This document shows, one piece after another, positions 37,044 to 46,245 of a stretch of 57,867 bases of DNA. A program made the position numbers and the translations under genes. The stretch is from a virus. The notes beneath the pieces were generated by a model. It was not told where the DNA came from. It worked only from the letters and a program-made list of their open reading frames with translations, and did no database searches. Within the stretch, counting starts at the first letter, position 1, and every line of letters begins with the position of its first letter. The DNA lies in IMG/VR virus record IMGVR_UViG_3300028534_000013, positions 1 to 57,867 of that record; one strand, 5' to 3'.

Positions 37044-37814
37044 TCAGTTTTCAATGTTTTTTTCATCAACTTCAGCATTTTCTATATCCACATCTATTAT
37101 ATCCAACTGCAAATTCCATTGCTCTTTTTGTATGACTTCATCATTAAGTTTAACAAGATAATTTTTAATTTCATCGAACGTATTTCCGCCTGATGTCTGA
37201 GTAGATGCTCTTTGAATATCTAATGCAGCACTTATCAATTGTTTGCCGCTTCTTATATGATTTTCAACTTCATCAGGCTTTAATGTGAAGCTTTTTTCAA
37301 CATATTTAAAATACATGTCCATAAAAGTTGTTTTCATTACATCATCTATAGCTACCATAGATGTATTTAATGCAAATTTCCATTCTATATATTTTGAACC
37401 GAAAGTATGTGCGCTTTTAAGTATCACTCCAAGCTCTCTAAATTTTTCATCCTCATGGAAAAGAAGTTGTTTAAAAAAATTAATCTTACCGAACACTCCC
37501 CTAAATTTTTTAACATTAAAAAAAAACATTTCAAACAGTTCAACTGCCCTTACAGATACTCCCATGTATTCTGATATTTTATCATGTGGAACATCTGTAA
37601 AAAGCATTGAAGCTACAAACATAAAATTTAAACTATTTTCTTCCAAATACAATATTTCATCGGCTATTTTTGATATTTTAGATGGTTTTTTTTTACTTTT
37701 TGGACATTTTATAGACGCTATCTCATTATAATACTTAAGAGCTTTTTTTTGAACAACGGTTCCGTCTTTTATACAATAGTTTTCGTCAAACGCACTAATT
37801 TCAGGTACAATCAA
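37044..37814 (-). CDS. Hypothetical protein with HTH-like segment (possible terminase small subunit)
   Basis: HDKISEYMGVSVRAVELFE; position upstream of portal. Confidence 0.55.
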   Translation of the reverse strand: MIVPEISAFDENYCIKDGTVVQKKALKYYNEIASIKCPKSKKKPSKISKIADEILYLEENSLNFMFVASMLFTDVPHDKISEYMGVSVRAVELFEMFFFNVKKFRGVFGKINFFKQLLFHEDEKFRELGVILKSAHTFGSKYIEWKFALNTSMVAIDDVMKTTFMDMYFKYVEKSFTLKPDEVENHIRSGKQLISAALDIQRASTQTSGGNTFDEIKNYLVKLNDEVIQKEQWNLQLDIIDVDIENAEVDEKNIEN

Positions 37815-37858
37815 ATAAAACGCCTTCTTTTTGGATAATTATAACAAAAAAAAAGAAA

Positions 37859-38098
37859 TCAGCGAATTTTTGAGAGGGATAAAAGTTTTTTTTCTACCTG
37901 TTTAAGTCTAGTGTGTCTTGATAGGTTTCCTGATTTTTTTAAATCGTTAGAATACATTTTGACAGCCAATAAATGTTTTCTTAAATGAGATTTTGTTTTT
38001 CCTCCCATATGAGTTATGCCGCTAAAATCTTTGTCTCCCCTATATTTCAATGCGTCCCTGACTAAAGACACATCTCTTTTGTTTAAAATGAAAGGCAT
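37859..38098 (-). CDS. Small basic protein
   Basis: Directly follows 830-aa gene. Confidence 0.6.
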   Translation of the reverse strand: MPFILNKRDVSLVRDALKYRGDKDFSGITHMGGKTKSHLRKHLLAVKMYSNDLKKSGNLSRHTRLKQVEKKLLSLSKIR

Positions 38099-38099
38099 T

Positions 38100-40592
38100 T
38101 TATATGCCTTCCAAATTGATTATAAAATCGGTCATCTTTTTAGATAACGCCTTACCTTTATTTAAAAACGATGACAACATTCCGTCACTAACACTGTCAA
38201 GCATCTTATGGTAATTGCTGTCTATAATCATAAGAACCCTAACCATTCCGTTAACCCCGTCTTTAAGCTGTTCTATATAGCTTTTTATAACAGCAACTGG
38301 GGTGTCAAGGGTAGCCAAATAGCTTATAATAGCAGATTCTAAAACTTTTTTATCTGCTATCTCTTTTAATTGTTCAAGCATTTCAGGGTCTATATTTTGA
38401 ACCATAAACCCATTATCGTCAACCGGAGGAGTCTGAGGACCGTTATCAGCCTGCATTCCTTGTTGTTGAGTACCGGCATCAGCCATCTGTTGAGCTTGTA
38501 AGTCGTCAGGCTGAGGTTGGGCATCAGGCTGTTGTTGAGGCTGTTGTCCTCCTTGTTGAGAATTTTGTACTTGAGCTACATAATTTTCAAGTTGAACCAA
38601 TAAATCATCCAACGATAAACCTTGCTGCTGAGCAGCCTGAATCAACTGATTGGGGTCTTGACCTATTTGTTGACACAATTCAGATATTTTATTCAATTTA
38701 TCCTGGTCTTCTGACTGGCTTTGTTGCGCATCTTGAGGTGTTGAGCCGTTAGAAGATGCAGGCTGAGTGTTCCCGTTTTGAAGTTCTTGAATATCTGCGG
38801 GCTCAGTCTGACCTTCTGCAGAAGGCTGTTGTCCTGCCATTGCTCCTGCAGTAGCAAACTGTTGCAATGTTGAAGTTTGAATATCTATTGATTGTTTCAT
38901 CTGCGCTATCAACATCATAACCTGTTGCATTGTAAGCTGTTGCTGTTGGGCCATTTGAATCAATTGAGACATCTGTTCATTAAGCTGGTATAGCGGAGTA
39001 ACAGTATCAGGCTGTTTTGCTGCCTCTTTAATTATTTTTGATATTTCTTCCTCTTTATATCCTTCGTTAGCGAGCTTTATAACAAAACCTTCTTTGGAGT
39101 AGTAGTCACCGTTATATTCTATTTTACCGTCTCTTCTTTGAATAACTTCCGCTGTTTTTGTTAGCATTAAATTATTAATATCTTCAGACCTGAATAATAC
39201 GCATTTATTGCTTGAATTATAAAAAGCATCGTCTTTTATAAAAAACGCATTTTTTTCAGGTATATACAGAATGTCATTATTTCTTATAATTCTGGTAATC
39301 TCTCCATTAGGAACTACAACTACCTGTTTTATAGGACCAAAATCCTGCTCTATTACTATTCTTCCGTTTTTAAGTTTAATTAAATCTCCGCTCCAATATT
39401 TTATATAAAAAATTTCATTTCCGTTGTTTGCTAATAAAACTCCTCCTTTTTCTGAAGACGGATTTTCATCAATCCATTTTTTTATGTGAAGCTTTATGAT
39501 AGAGTCTATACTCATTCCATATTCATCTTTTTTTATACCCATAATAGGATTTTTACTGTCAGAAAGATAATCGCAAACATTATCAGAAGATAACATTATT
39601 TTTTTATTGTCTCCGAGTTTTGACGCAACAACATATGTGTAAGGATTTAATTCTTTATCAAACAGAGTATACACCCCAGAATCAGTTACCTCTGATAAAT
39701 TTTTAAGAAACGATTCTTTAACTATTTCCTTAAGTGTTGGTGAGTTAATTTCAGCAACTTTAGTTAATACATCAGAATTTTTAACATAAAAACCTTGTGT
39801 CGCTATTTTTTTAAAAGCCTTCTCTTTTTCGTATTCAGGCAGACTCCTGATTTCATCTCTTGTAAAATATACTACAGGTTTTTTATTTGCGGATGCAATT
39901 TTAGAAATATCTGACAATTTTGCATATCTTTCTATTTCAGAATAATCAGAAACCATTTCAATCATTTTTTTAACAGTTTCATTTTTTGAAGCTATCTTAA
40001 CAATACTTTTTGCGAACTCTTTATCCTTAAAAGCCATATCACTCAACAGCGAAGAATCTTCGTTGGATGCTGTTTTGTTAATTCCTGGCAATCCTATTTT
40101 TTTAAACTTAAGAGTTTTAAACCCGCTTATAATTTCATCTGTACTTACTTCTTTTGTATAATTATCTGAAGCAACTTTAGGAGAATATGTCATAGGTGTT
40201 GCAAACAAGCTTCCTATTATTCCTTTATCTACAGCTATTTCACCTTCCTTGTCTTTCATGTCGTCTTTCGTTAGAACTTGTCCTATTGAATTTGAAATAG
40301 AATTAACAAGTTTGTTATATAAAAGTTTTGTAAGAGCATAATATCTTCCAGTATTGTCATACCCTATATATGACACACAATCAACATTTCCATCCCTGTA
40401 GATAATAGGAATGGTTAAATCTATTCCAGATATAAGTAATTTAAAAGAACCTAAAGCTTCGGAACCATCAGGATTTATTTCGTCCAAACTATATTTAACA
40501 ATAAATTGAGCAAAAGCAGGATAATTTGTAATCAATTGAGAATAAGCTTCATCCAGTATGTTTTGCTTCATAACATTAATTTTAACGCCCAT
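38100..40592 (-). CDS. Large putative virion structural protein, K-x-A motifs and Gln-rich region
   Basis: KVAS, KTAS, KIAS x2, KIAT, KVAE, KTAE, KLAN, KEAA; Q/P/A-rich C-terminal part. Confidence 0.65.
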   Translation of the reverse strand: MGVKINVMKQNILDEAYSQLITNYPAFAQFIVKYSLDEINPDGSEALGSFKLLISGIDLTIPIIYRDGNVDCVSYIGYDNTGRYYALTKLLYNKLVNSISNSIGQVLTKDDMKDKEGEIAVDKGIIGSLFATPMTYSPKVASDNYTKEVSTDEIISGFKTLKFKKIGLPGINKTASNEDSSLLSDMAFKDKEFAKSIVKIASKNETVKKMIEMVSDYSEIERYAKLSDISKIASANKKPVVYFTRDEIRSLPEYEKEKAFKKIATQGFYVKNSDVLTKVAEINSPTLKEIVKESFLKNLSEVTDSGVYTLFDKELNPYTYVVASKLGDNKKIMLSSDNVCDYLSDSKNPIMGIKKDEYGMSIDSIIKLHIKKWIDENPSSEKGGVLLANNGNEIFYIKYWSGDLIKLKNGRIVIEQDFGPIKQVVVVPNGEITRIIRNNDILYIPEKNAFFIKDDAFYNSSNKCVLFRSEDINNLMLTKTAEVIQRRDGKIEYNGDYYSKEGFVIKLANEGYKEEEISKIIKEAAKQPDTVTPLYQLNEQMSQLIQMAQQQQLTMQQVMMLIAQMKQSIDIQTSTLQQFATAGAMAGQQPSAEGQTEPADIQELQNGNTQPASSNGSTPQDAQQSQSEDQDKLNKISELCQQIGQDPNQLIQAAQQQGLSLDDLLVQLENYVAQVQNSQQGGQQPQQQPDAQPQPDDLQAQQMADAGTQQQGMQADNGPQTPPVDDNGFMVQNIDPEMLEQLKEIADKKVLESAIISYLATLDTPVAVIKSYIEQLKDGVNGMVRVLMIIDSNYHKMLDSVSDGMLSSFLNKGKALSKKMTDFIINLEGI

Positions 40593-40639
40593 TACATTTC
40601 CTTGTTTTTAATGAATTATAACAAACTATTGAGATTTTG

Positions 40640-40846
40640 TTAAATATTAACCTCTTTAACATCTCTTTTAAAAGACGAAACATTAAGCGATAATGCCACC
40701 TTACCGTCATATGATAACACTTTGTCCCCTATAAAAGAAAAAGAGTTAAACATCGCTCCCTTTATTTGTTCTTTAAAAAAAGCGTCAATATTATCGCTTT
40801 TAAGTAATACTTTATCAACAGGTATACCTTTTATTTGTTCAGACAT
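40640..40846 (-). CDS. Hypothetical protein
   Basis: AAGGAG RBS. Confidence 0.65.
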   Translation of the reverse strand: MSEQIKGIPVDKVLLKSDNIDAFFKEQIKGAMFNSFSFIGDKVLSYDGKVALSLNVSSFKRDVKEVNI

Positions 40847-40895
40847 TGCTTCTCCTTTTTTTCAAATAATACCATTATTACCAACAAAAGTGAAG

Positions 40896-41102
40896 TTAGG
40901 AAAGAAGTCGTCTAAAATATTCGTCATTTTGTTCTATTGTATAAAAATCTATTATTACGTTGTCTCCTATTTTGCTATATAATTCTTTTATGTATTCTTT
41001 TGCTTTTTTCTTAACTTTAAAAATACCTACAACCTCTTTTTCATTATAAACATTCTCAACATAAACTATATATATTTTTTTAAAATCTGTTTCGATTAAC
41101 AA
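40896..41102 (-). CDS. Hypothetical protein coupled to rep
   Basis: IYIVY..VVGIFK.KKKAKEYI. Confidence 0.55.
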   Translation of the reverse strand: MLIETDFKKIYIVYVENVYNEKEVVGIFKVKKKAKEYIKELYSKIGDNVIIDFYTIEQNDEYFRRLLS

Positions 41103-42157
41103 TTTTCATCCATTACTTTTATGATTTTAGAGTTTAATTCTGTAAATTTGTTTACATCGAATTTATATAAGTCAAAATAACATTTACCTTCTTTTAAGAA
41201 ATCATAATAATCTTCTATCTTTTTTGCAAACATATACACGTTATTGTATATTTCCATGCTTTCATCTGAATCTATAAAAACTTCTTCTCCGTTAGTAGTT
41301 TTGGCAAAAATTTTACCGTTAACGTCTATTCCATACCAGACAACTTTATTGTTTAACTTCCCGACGATGAAATATTTTCCAGTTCCTGAATAAGTTTCAC
41401 GTAAAAATCTTACAAAGTTTTTAATGTTTTTAACTTCTGGTTTGTCATATCTGTTGTTTTTGTTGTCTGTTACATGAAATATAACATCATACACCCTGTT
41501 TCCATCAGTTTCTGTTTCGTATGTAACAAATATATCTGTATGTTTGTTTATTTCTTCTATTGCAGGCTCCAGAAGTCTTCTTTTAATGTCATAGAAATCA
41601 TATTTATCGGAACACATAAAAAAATCTCTAAGCTCATCTATTGAATAAGATATTTCTCTTTTGTATTTTTTTTGTATTTCGTATCTATTTTTTAATTCTT
41701 CAAACAATCTCAACGAATAAGGTTTTCTTAGGTTTTTCATATTTTTTATATGATATTTAAGATAATTGTTCTTATACTCTATCAGTATAGACAACATATC
41801 TTTGTCTATATAAAACACTATATCTTGTCTTTTTTTATATATCACCTTATCTACGAAGTGTAAAAACATTTCTTCGTTATCGTTTTTAACTATTATGACT
41901 TTAGACATTAACTCTTTTATTGCTTTTTTAATTTGTTTATATATTACACTTATATCTTTATCAAAAAGATTAAACAGCTCATCTTTTTTTATAGAGTACA
42001 TATAAACATCTTCTTCTGTTTTTGTAACAACAATATTCAATAATTGAATTGCGTAAATAGACAGGTCATATTTGCTCTTCATTATGATTGAACTTTTTTT
42101 TATGCTAAACTCTTCATCAAGCTCAATTACCACTATATTTTCTTCATTTTTTTTCAT
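41096..42157 (-). CDS. repB: Plasmid replication initiator, Rep_3 (RepB) family
   Basis: SKYDLS..QLL, YKQIKKAIKELMSKVI, LRKPYSLRLFEEL, SIDELR, IKRRLLEPAIEEINKHTD. Confidence 0.9.
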   Translation of the reverse strand: MKKNEENIVVIELDEEFSIKKSSIIMKSKYDLSIYAIQLLNIVVTKTEEDVYMYSIKKDELFNLFDKDISVIYKQIKKAIKELMSKVIIVKNDNEEMFLHFVDKVIYKKRQDIVFYIDKDMLSILIEYKNNYLKYHIKNMKNLRKPYSLRLFEELKNRYEIQKKYKREISYSIDELRDFFMCSDKYDFYDIKRRLLEPAIEEINKHTDIFVTYETETDGNRVYDVIFHVTDNKNNRYDKPEVKNIKNFVRFLRETYSGTGKYFIVGKLNNKVVWYGIDVNGKIFAKTTNGEEVFIDSDESMEIYNNVYMFAKKIEDYYDFLKEGKCYFDLYKFDVNKFTELNSKIIKVMDENC

Positions 42158-42248
42158 TTCATCTCCTTCTTTAATTGTATCTTATAATGTAACTATAATA
42201 TGTATGAATTTTAAATTGCGCAACCATGGTGCTTTCAGCGATTTTTCG

Positions 42249-42359
42249 CCGACAACTTTGCCAATAAAACAGGGGGGTAAACCGACAACTTTGCCAATAA
42301 AAATCAATTTACGCCGACAACTTTGCCAAAATAAACTTTTAAACCGACAACTTTGCCAA
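42249..42359 (+). repeat. Four 16-bp iterons CCGACAACTTTGCCAA (plasmid origin)
   Basis: Exact copies at 42249, 42282, 42314, 42344; upstream of rep and next to an AT-rich tract. Confidence 0.9.
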
Positions 42360-42557
42360 TACAATTTTAACACATTTTTTTATGATTTTAGAGGTTATTT
42401 TAGAGAGGAAAAACAGCTTAAATAAAAAAACACAATAAACACCTAAAACTTGGAAGTATATATCTTTTTTTATTTTGTTTTTAAAATTTTAAAGCATTTA
42501 ATAAGTTAAGGAAAAATTTCTTAACTTTGATTGTTGATTTACATACGTATTCATATC

Positions 42558-42573
42558 TGATATAATTATACCA
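42558..42573. promoter_or_regulatory. Overlapping divergent extended -10 boxes
   Basis: TGATATAAT (+) and TGGTATAAT (-) share TATAATTATA. Confidence 0.5.
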
Positions 42574-42602
42574 AATTGACAATAAAAAACAAAGGAGCTC
42601 AT

Positions 42603-43034
42603 ATGATAGCTTTAACACTACAATCAGCTTTTGGATGGGAAAAAGAAACTGCAGACCTAATAGGTCATTTAGCATCTACTTTATCAAAAGAATCAATAGA
42701 GCTAAGCGATATAGTATCGGCAATAAAAGCCAAAGATTCTGACAACGACATAACTGTTGCAAATAACTGGATTAAGTATTTGTTTGATACAATTTTTACA
42801 GGCGTTAAAGACAAAGCCTTGTCTTTGACTACAGACACTGACGTTGCTGATATAATCAACAAAATGTCTGATAATTTTAATCCTGTGATAAACGGAAAAG
42901 ATTCAAGCTTTGGAAACATACTTGACGTATTTATTACTAAAGAATATTCGTATTTTGATTATGCAAATGCACTAATAGGTGAGATAGTTAAAGCAGATAC
43001 TTACTGGAAAAGTGTTATATGTGATAACAGTTAA
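42603..43034 (+). CDS. Hypothetical protein (plus strand)
   Basis: AAGGAG RBS, own promoter, no opposing real gene. Confidence 0.7.
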   Translation: MIALTLQSAFGWEKETADLIGHLASTLSKESIELSDIVSAIKAKDSDNDITVANNWIKYLFDTIFTGVKDKALSLTTDTDVADIINKMSDNFNPVINGKDSSFGNILDVFITKEYSYFDYANALIGEIVKADTYWKSVICDNS

Positions 43035-43039
43035 GCGGA

Positions 43040-43948
43040 TTAAACTCCGCCTATTGTTATCATTATGTTTCCGTCTTCATCTTTAATCATTTTAACTGAG
43101 CTACTAGGTATTTGGTCTTGAACCGTATCTCTTCCGTCTTTATATTTAGCAAAAGCGTCAAATACTTCCAAATAATTTTTTGGGTTAGTGTCTGTATGAC
43201 TATATCTTGCAACTTTATCATTATATCCTGCTATTTCAACAAAAGTTTCTATTCCCATTTTTATAAATTTAAACGAAACTCTGTCTATTTTTGGCTTTTT
43301 TCCTTCACGATATTTAAACTTAACTCTATTATCTGAAATTTTTTCAATAGTTTTTTCGTCTGTTATGTTTTCTATCTGCGCTCCAAAAGAAGGGTCAAAA
43401 TAAATTTCAACAGATTCTATTTCCTCGTCATCTTTTTCGCATGTTTCGTTTTTTTGTTCTTTAGATGCTGTTTTTTGTAAACCGTCATTGCTTTCATTGT
43501 TGTCTTTTTGTGTTTTTACATTATGTTCATCTTTTTGACCACCATCTACACCAACAGCTTTCATTGCAACTATCTCTTGATTTTCCATAGCTTCTTTCTG
43601 TTCGTTGGTTAAATCTATTTTAATAGAATATACAGAAGGGTCCAAAGAAAGCTCTTCATTGTCAGTTACAAATTTGCCGTTTTTATAAGATGCAATCACA
43701 TATCTTTCATACGGAAATCTAAGTATTACTAAATCATCATCGTTTAACAATTTGCCAAGTTTATCTACAGCGCTGTTAGGTTTAAGTGTAGCTTTTGGGG
43801 CAGCAGTTCCGTTTACTATAATTCTACCATCTGTATCATATAGTGCAACTTTTCCGTTAAAATCAACCATTATAAAATTTTCATCCACAGACAACACCTT
43901 ACCTGTACCTAAGAAATCACATTTTACTTCTTGTCCTTTTACAAACAT
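43040..43948 (-). CDS. Hypothetical protein with N-terminal SH3/Tudor-like beta domain
   Basis: FVKGQEVK...GTGKVLSVD...VDF; one KTAS. Confidence 0.7.
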   Translation of the reverse strand: MFVKGQEVKCDFLGTGKVLSVDENFIMVDFNGKVALYDTDGRIIVNGTAAPKATLKPNSAVDKLGKLLNDDDLVILRFPYERYVIASYKNGKFVTDNEELSLDPSVYSIKIDLTNEQKEAMENQEIVAMKAVGVDGGQKDEHNVKTQKDNNESNDGLQKTASKEQKNETCEKDDEEIESVEIYFDPSFGAQIENITDEKTIEKISDNRVKFKYREGKKPKIDRVSFKFIKMGIETFVEIAGYNDKVARYSHTDTNPKNYLEVFDAFAKYKDGRDTVQDQIPSSSVKMIKDEDGNIMITIGGV

Positions 43949-43958
43949 TAATTCTCCT

Positions 43959-44153
43959 TTATCCTATTCTTCTTGTTCTTGTTGACATTCTAAATCCTGA
44001 ATGCCCTCTGGTTCCTATTGATAATCTCATTCTTGCTTTTTCAGAAGGAGTTCTTTTTTTAGATAAAAAACCATAACCTTCTTTTTCAAGAGGATTGCAA
44101 TCGTTATCAACTTCACATTTTAACATTTTTTCGGCAGATATTTTGTATAACAT
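43959..44153 (-). CDS. Small basic protein
   Basis: AAGGAG RBS, TATAAT upstream. Confidence 0.6.
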   Translation of the reverse strand: MLYKISAEKMLKCEVDNDCNPLEKEGYGFLSKKRTPSEKARMRLSIGTRGHSGFRMSTRTRRIG

Positions 44154-44212
44154 TGTTTTTTCTCCTTTTTTTTGTTTTAATTATACAACAACTTTAAAAA
44201 AAGGTCCAAAGT

Positions 44213-44947
44213 GTGATTAATATTGTAGTTTCGAGTAACCTTAAAACAGATTTAGATTATTTATTGCTAAGGTACACCATTCGGAGTATAGAAAAAAATT
44301 TTAAAGAATCTGATTATATAATACACGTTTTCTCAAACTTTAATCCAGGATTTTTAAAAAACATAATATACCACAAGACGCATTTCGAAAAATCTCACGA
44401 TGAACTTTTCTCTGTACACAACTCTTCAATTGTAAGTGCTGCATCAAAATTTAAAGATTTTATATTTATTCAAAGCGGAAACATAATAAATGACAAAATA
44501 ACATCTATGTACACAAAGAACGCAAAAGGGTTTAAAAAAGATAAAAACTTAATTGACGAAATAAGTGATGTTTATTCTAAATACGCATATATGACATATA
44601 TTGAAATGTCGACAAACTTTGGGCACGATGAAACTATTATTACAGATTTGTTTTCACCTCAATTTATAAAATCTAAAAATTTCAATAAAATGATGGACAG
44701 TTTTAGAACAGTTCAAACAAACAATTATAATGCTTTAATGATATATAGAAATTTTTTTAAGGCGGTAAAAATTACAAAAATAAACAAAATGAACAGTTTT
44801 ATAGTTGATGAAGACACTTATTATTCTTTTATGAAAAAATTTAAAAAAGATAAAGTGTTTTTCATTGAAAAATATGGGTTAAAAAACCCTATTGTAAAAA
44901 TGTATATAGAAAAAGAATTTGGGGATAAATGCTCTTTTGAAAATTAA
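44213..44947 (+). CDS. Stealth-family (CR2-like) protein, degenerate
   Basis: LLRYTIRSIEKNF..IHVF...PGFL resembles ELRYSLRS..P.WL; NDD motif absent. Confidence 0.5.
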   Translation: MINIVVSSNLKTDLDYLLLRYTIRSIEKNFKESDYIIHVFSNFNPGFLKNIIYHKTHFEKSHDELFSVHNSSIVSAASKFKDFIFIQSGNIINDKITSMYTKNAKGFKKDKNLIDEISDVYSKYAYMTYIEMSTNFGHDETIITDLFSPQFIKSKNFNKMMDSFRTVQTNNYNALMIYRNFFKAVKITKINKMNSFIVDEDTYYSFMKKFKKDKVFFIEKYGLKNPIVKMYIEKEFGDKCSFEN

Positions 44948-45201
44948 TGCTTATCTGTAACACCTAAATACTTCTCAGCAGTTCTTAAACCTGCAAGCAC
45001 TCCTCCTGTGATTAAAATATCGTTTAATCTTGATATTACCTCAGGCGGCAATTCTATATGTATCCCAAATCCTGACAACACCACATAAGCAATAGGGTAT
45101 ATAACATATATCAATACTACAGATGTAACTATTGCTGCAGCTAATGTTGGCCTCCATGTAGGGTTTATAAAATTTACTATTTTTTCTACTATAGGGTTCA
45201 T
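44944..45201 (-). CDS. Holin, GTA_holin_3TM family
   Basis: WRP motif, hydrophobic helices, GLRTAEK C-terminal signature. Confidence 0.8.
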   Translation of the reverse strand: MNPIVEKIVNFINPTWRPTLAAAIVTSVVLIYVIYPIAYVVLSGFGIHIELPPEVISRLNDILITGGVLAGLRTAEKYLGVTDKH

Positions 45202-46244
45202 TTTGTTTCCTTTTTAGCTGGAACGGTTATTTTTATAATAGTTCCATTTTCGTCCGAACTAACTATTTCTTCGTTTCCATTTGCTGAATTTATTATTTCT
45301 TTACACAAATACATTCCAAACCCTCTTCCATCGCCTTTAGTGCTTTTGCCTAAATCCCATATATTACCAACTACGTCAGCCGGTATTCCTTCTCCGTTAT
45401 CTATTATATAAAACGTTAACATTTTGTTTTCGTAATCATACGATATGTATTTTATTTTAACTATTGAGGCGTTTGCGTCTAAACTGTTTTGTATATGGTT
45501 GTTTAAAACATTTAGCATTTCAACAGGCTTCATTGTTGTTAAATAGAAAAATTTAAGCTCTTCAGAAATATAATAATCAAAATTATATTTGTTAAACATG
45601 CTAAACATTGAAAAAACGTTGCTTGCTATATTGTATAGAGAGTCTTGGTTTTTTAGTTTGTTGTCTTTTATGCTTTTTATCATTCCTAATGTTTCAAACA
45701 TGTTGTTTATTGAGTTCTCTATAAGAGATGTGTTTGTTTGTATGTCCTGTATAAGCTTAACTTCTCCGCTACAATATCCTGTTAATGTACAGTTTTCACA
45801 ATCTTTTGTCTGTTCGCTGCATCCGTAAACTATTCTGTCTATATTTCTTTTTCCGTTTTTCTTTGCGGACGATACTAGAGTTTTTATTATTTTGTTATTT
45901 TCTTCAAACGCATTTCTTACAGCTATTAAAGGGCTCATTAATTGATGGTCTATATTTTGCATTAACGAATATGTTATCTTGTATGATAAAATATTCTTTT
46001 CTTTGTTTAAATATGTTTCAAATGCTATTTTAAAAAGGTTTGATATTTTATATAGAAAAACAAGAAAACTTGAAACAATAAACAATGATTTTATCATCCA
46101 CATCATATGCCCTTTTCCACAACAAGGACATCTGTTCAAATATTCAAACAAAAGTTCTATCAGGAATATTGACGCTATAAAAAACAGTGTTATCTTGATG
46201 GCTTCATGTATGTGTTTTTTTGATTTATTGTAACATCTAAACAT
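45198..46244 (-). CDS. Membrane sensor histidine kinase
   Basis: 2 TM; H-box DHQLMSPL; N-box NHIQNSLDA; DNGEGIP; STKGDGRGFGM. Confidence 0.9.
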   Translation of the reverse strand: MFRCYNKSKKHIHEAIKITLFFIASIFLIELLFEYLNRCPCCGKGHMMWMIKSLFIVSSFLVFLYKISNLFKIAFETYLNKEKNILSYKITYSLMQNIDHQLMSPLIAVRNAFEENNKIIKTLVSSAKKNGKRNIDRIVYGCSEQTKDCENCTLTGYCSGEVKLIQDIQTNTSLIENSINNMFETLGMIKSIKDNKLKNQDSLYNIASNVFSMFSMFNKYNFDYYISEELKFFYLTTMKPVEMLNVLNNHIQNSLDANASIVKIKYISYDYENKMLTFYIIDNGEGIPADVVGNIWDLGKSTKGDGRGFGMYLCKEIINSANGNEEIVSSDENGTIIKITVPAKKETK

Positions 46245-46245
46245 G

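Noticed and set aside
38400-38990. CAG/CAA-rich repeat
   Set aside because: Low-complexity Gln-rich coding sequence, not a discrete DNA repeat
42249-42359. CRISPR-like repeat array
   Set aside because: 16-bp repeats with 14-17-bp gaps, no cas genes, directly upstream of Rep_3: iterons
42072-42425. ORFs with repeated peptides (PTTLPIK, RQLCQ, WQSCR)
   Set aside because: Translation artefacts of the iterons
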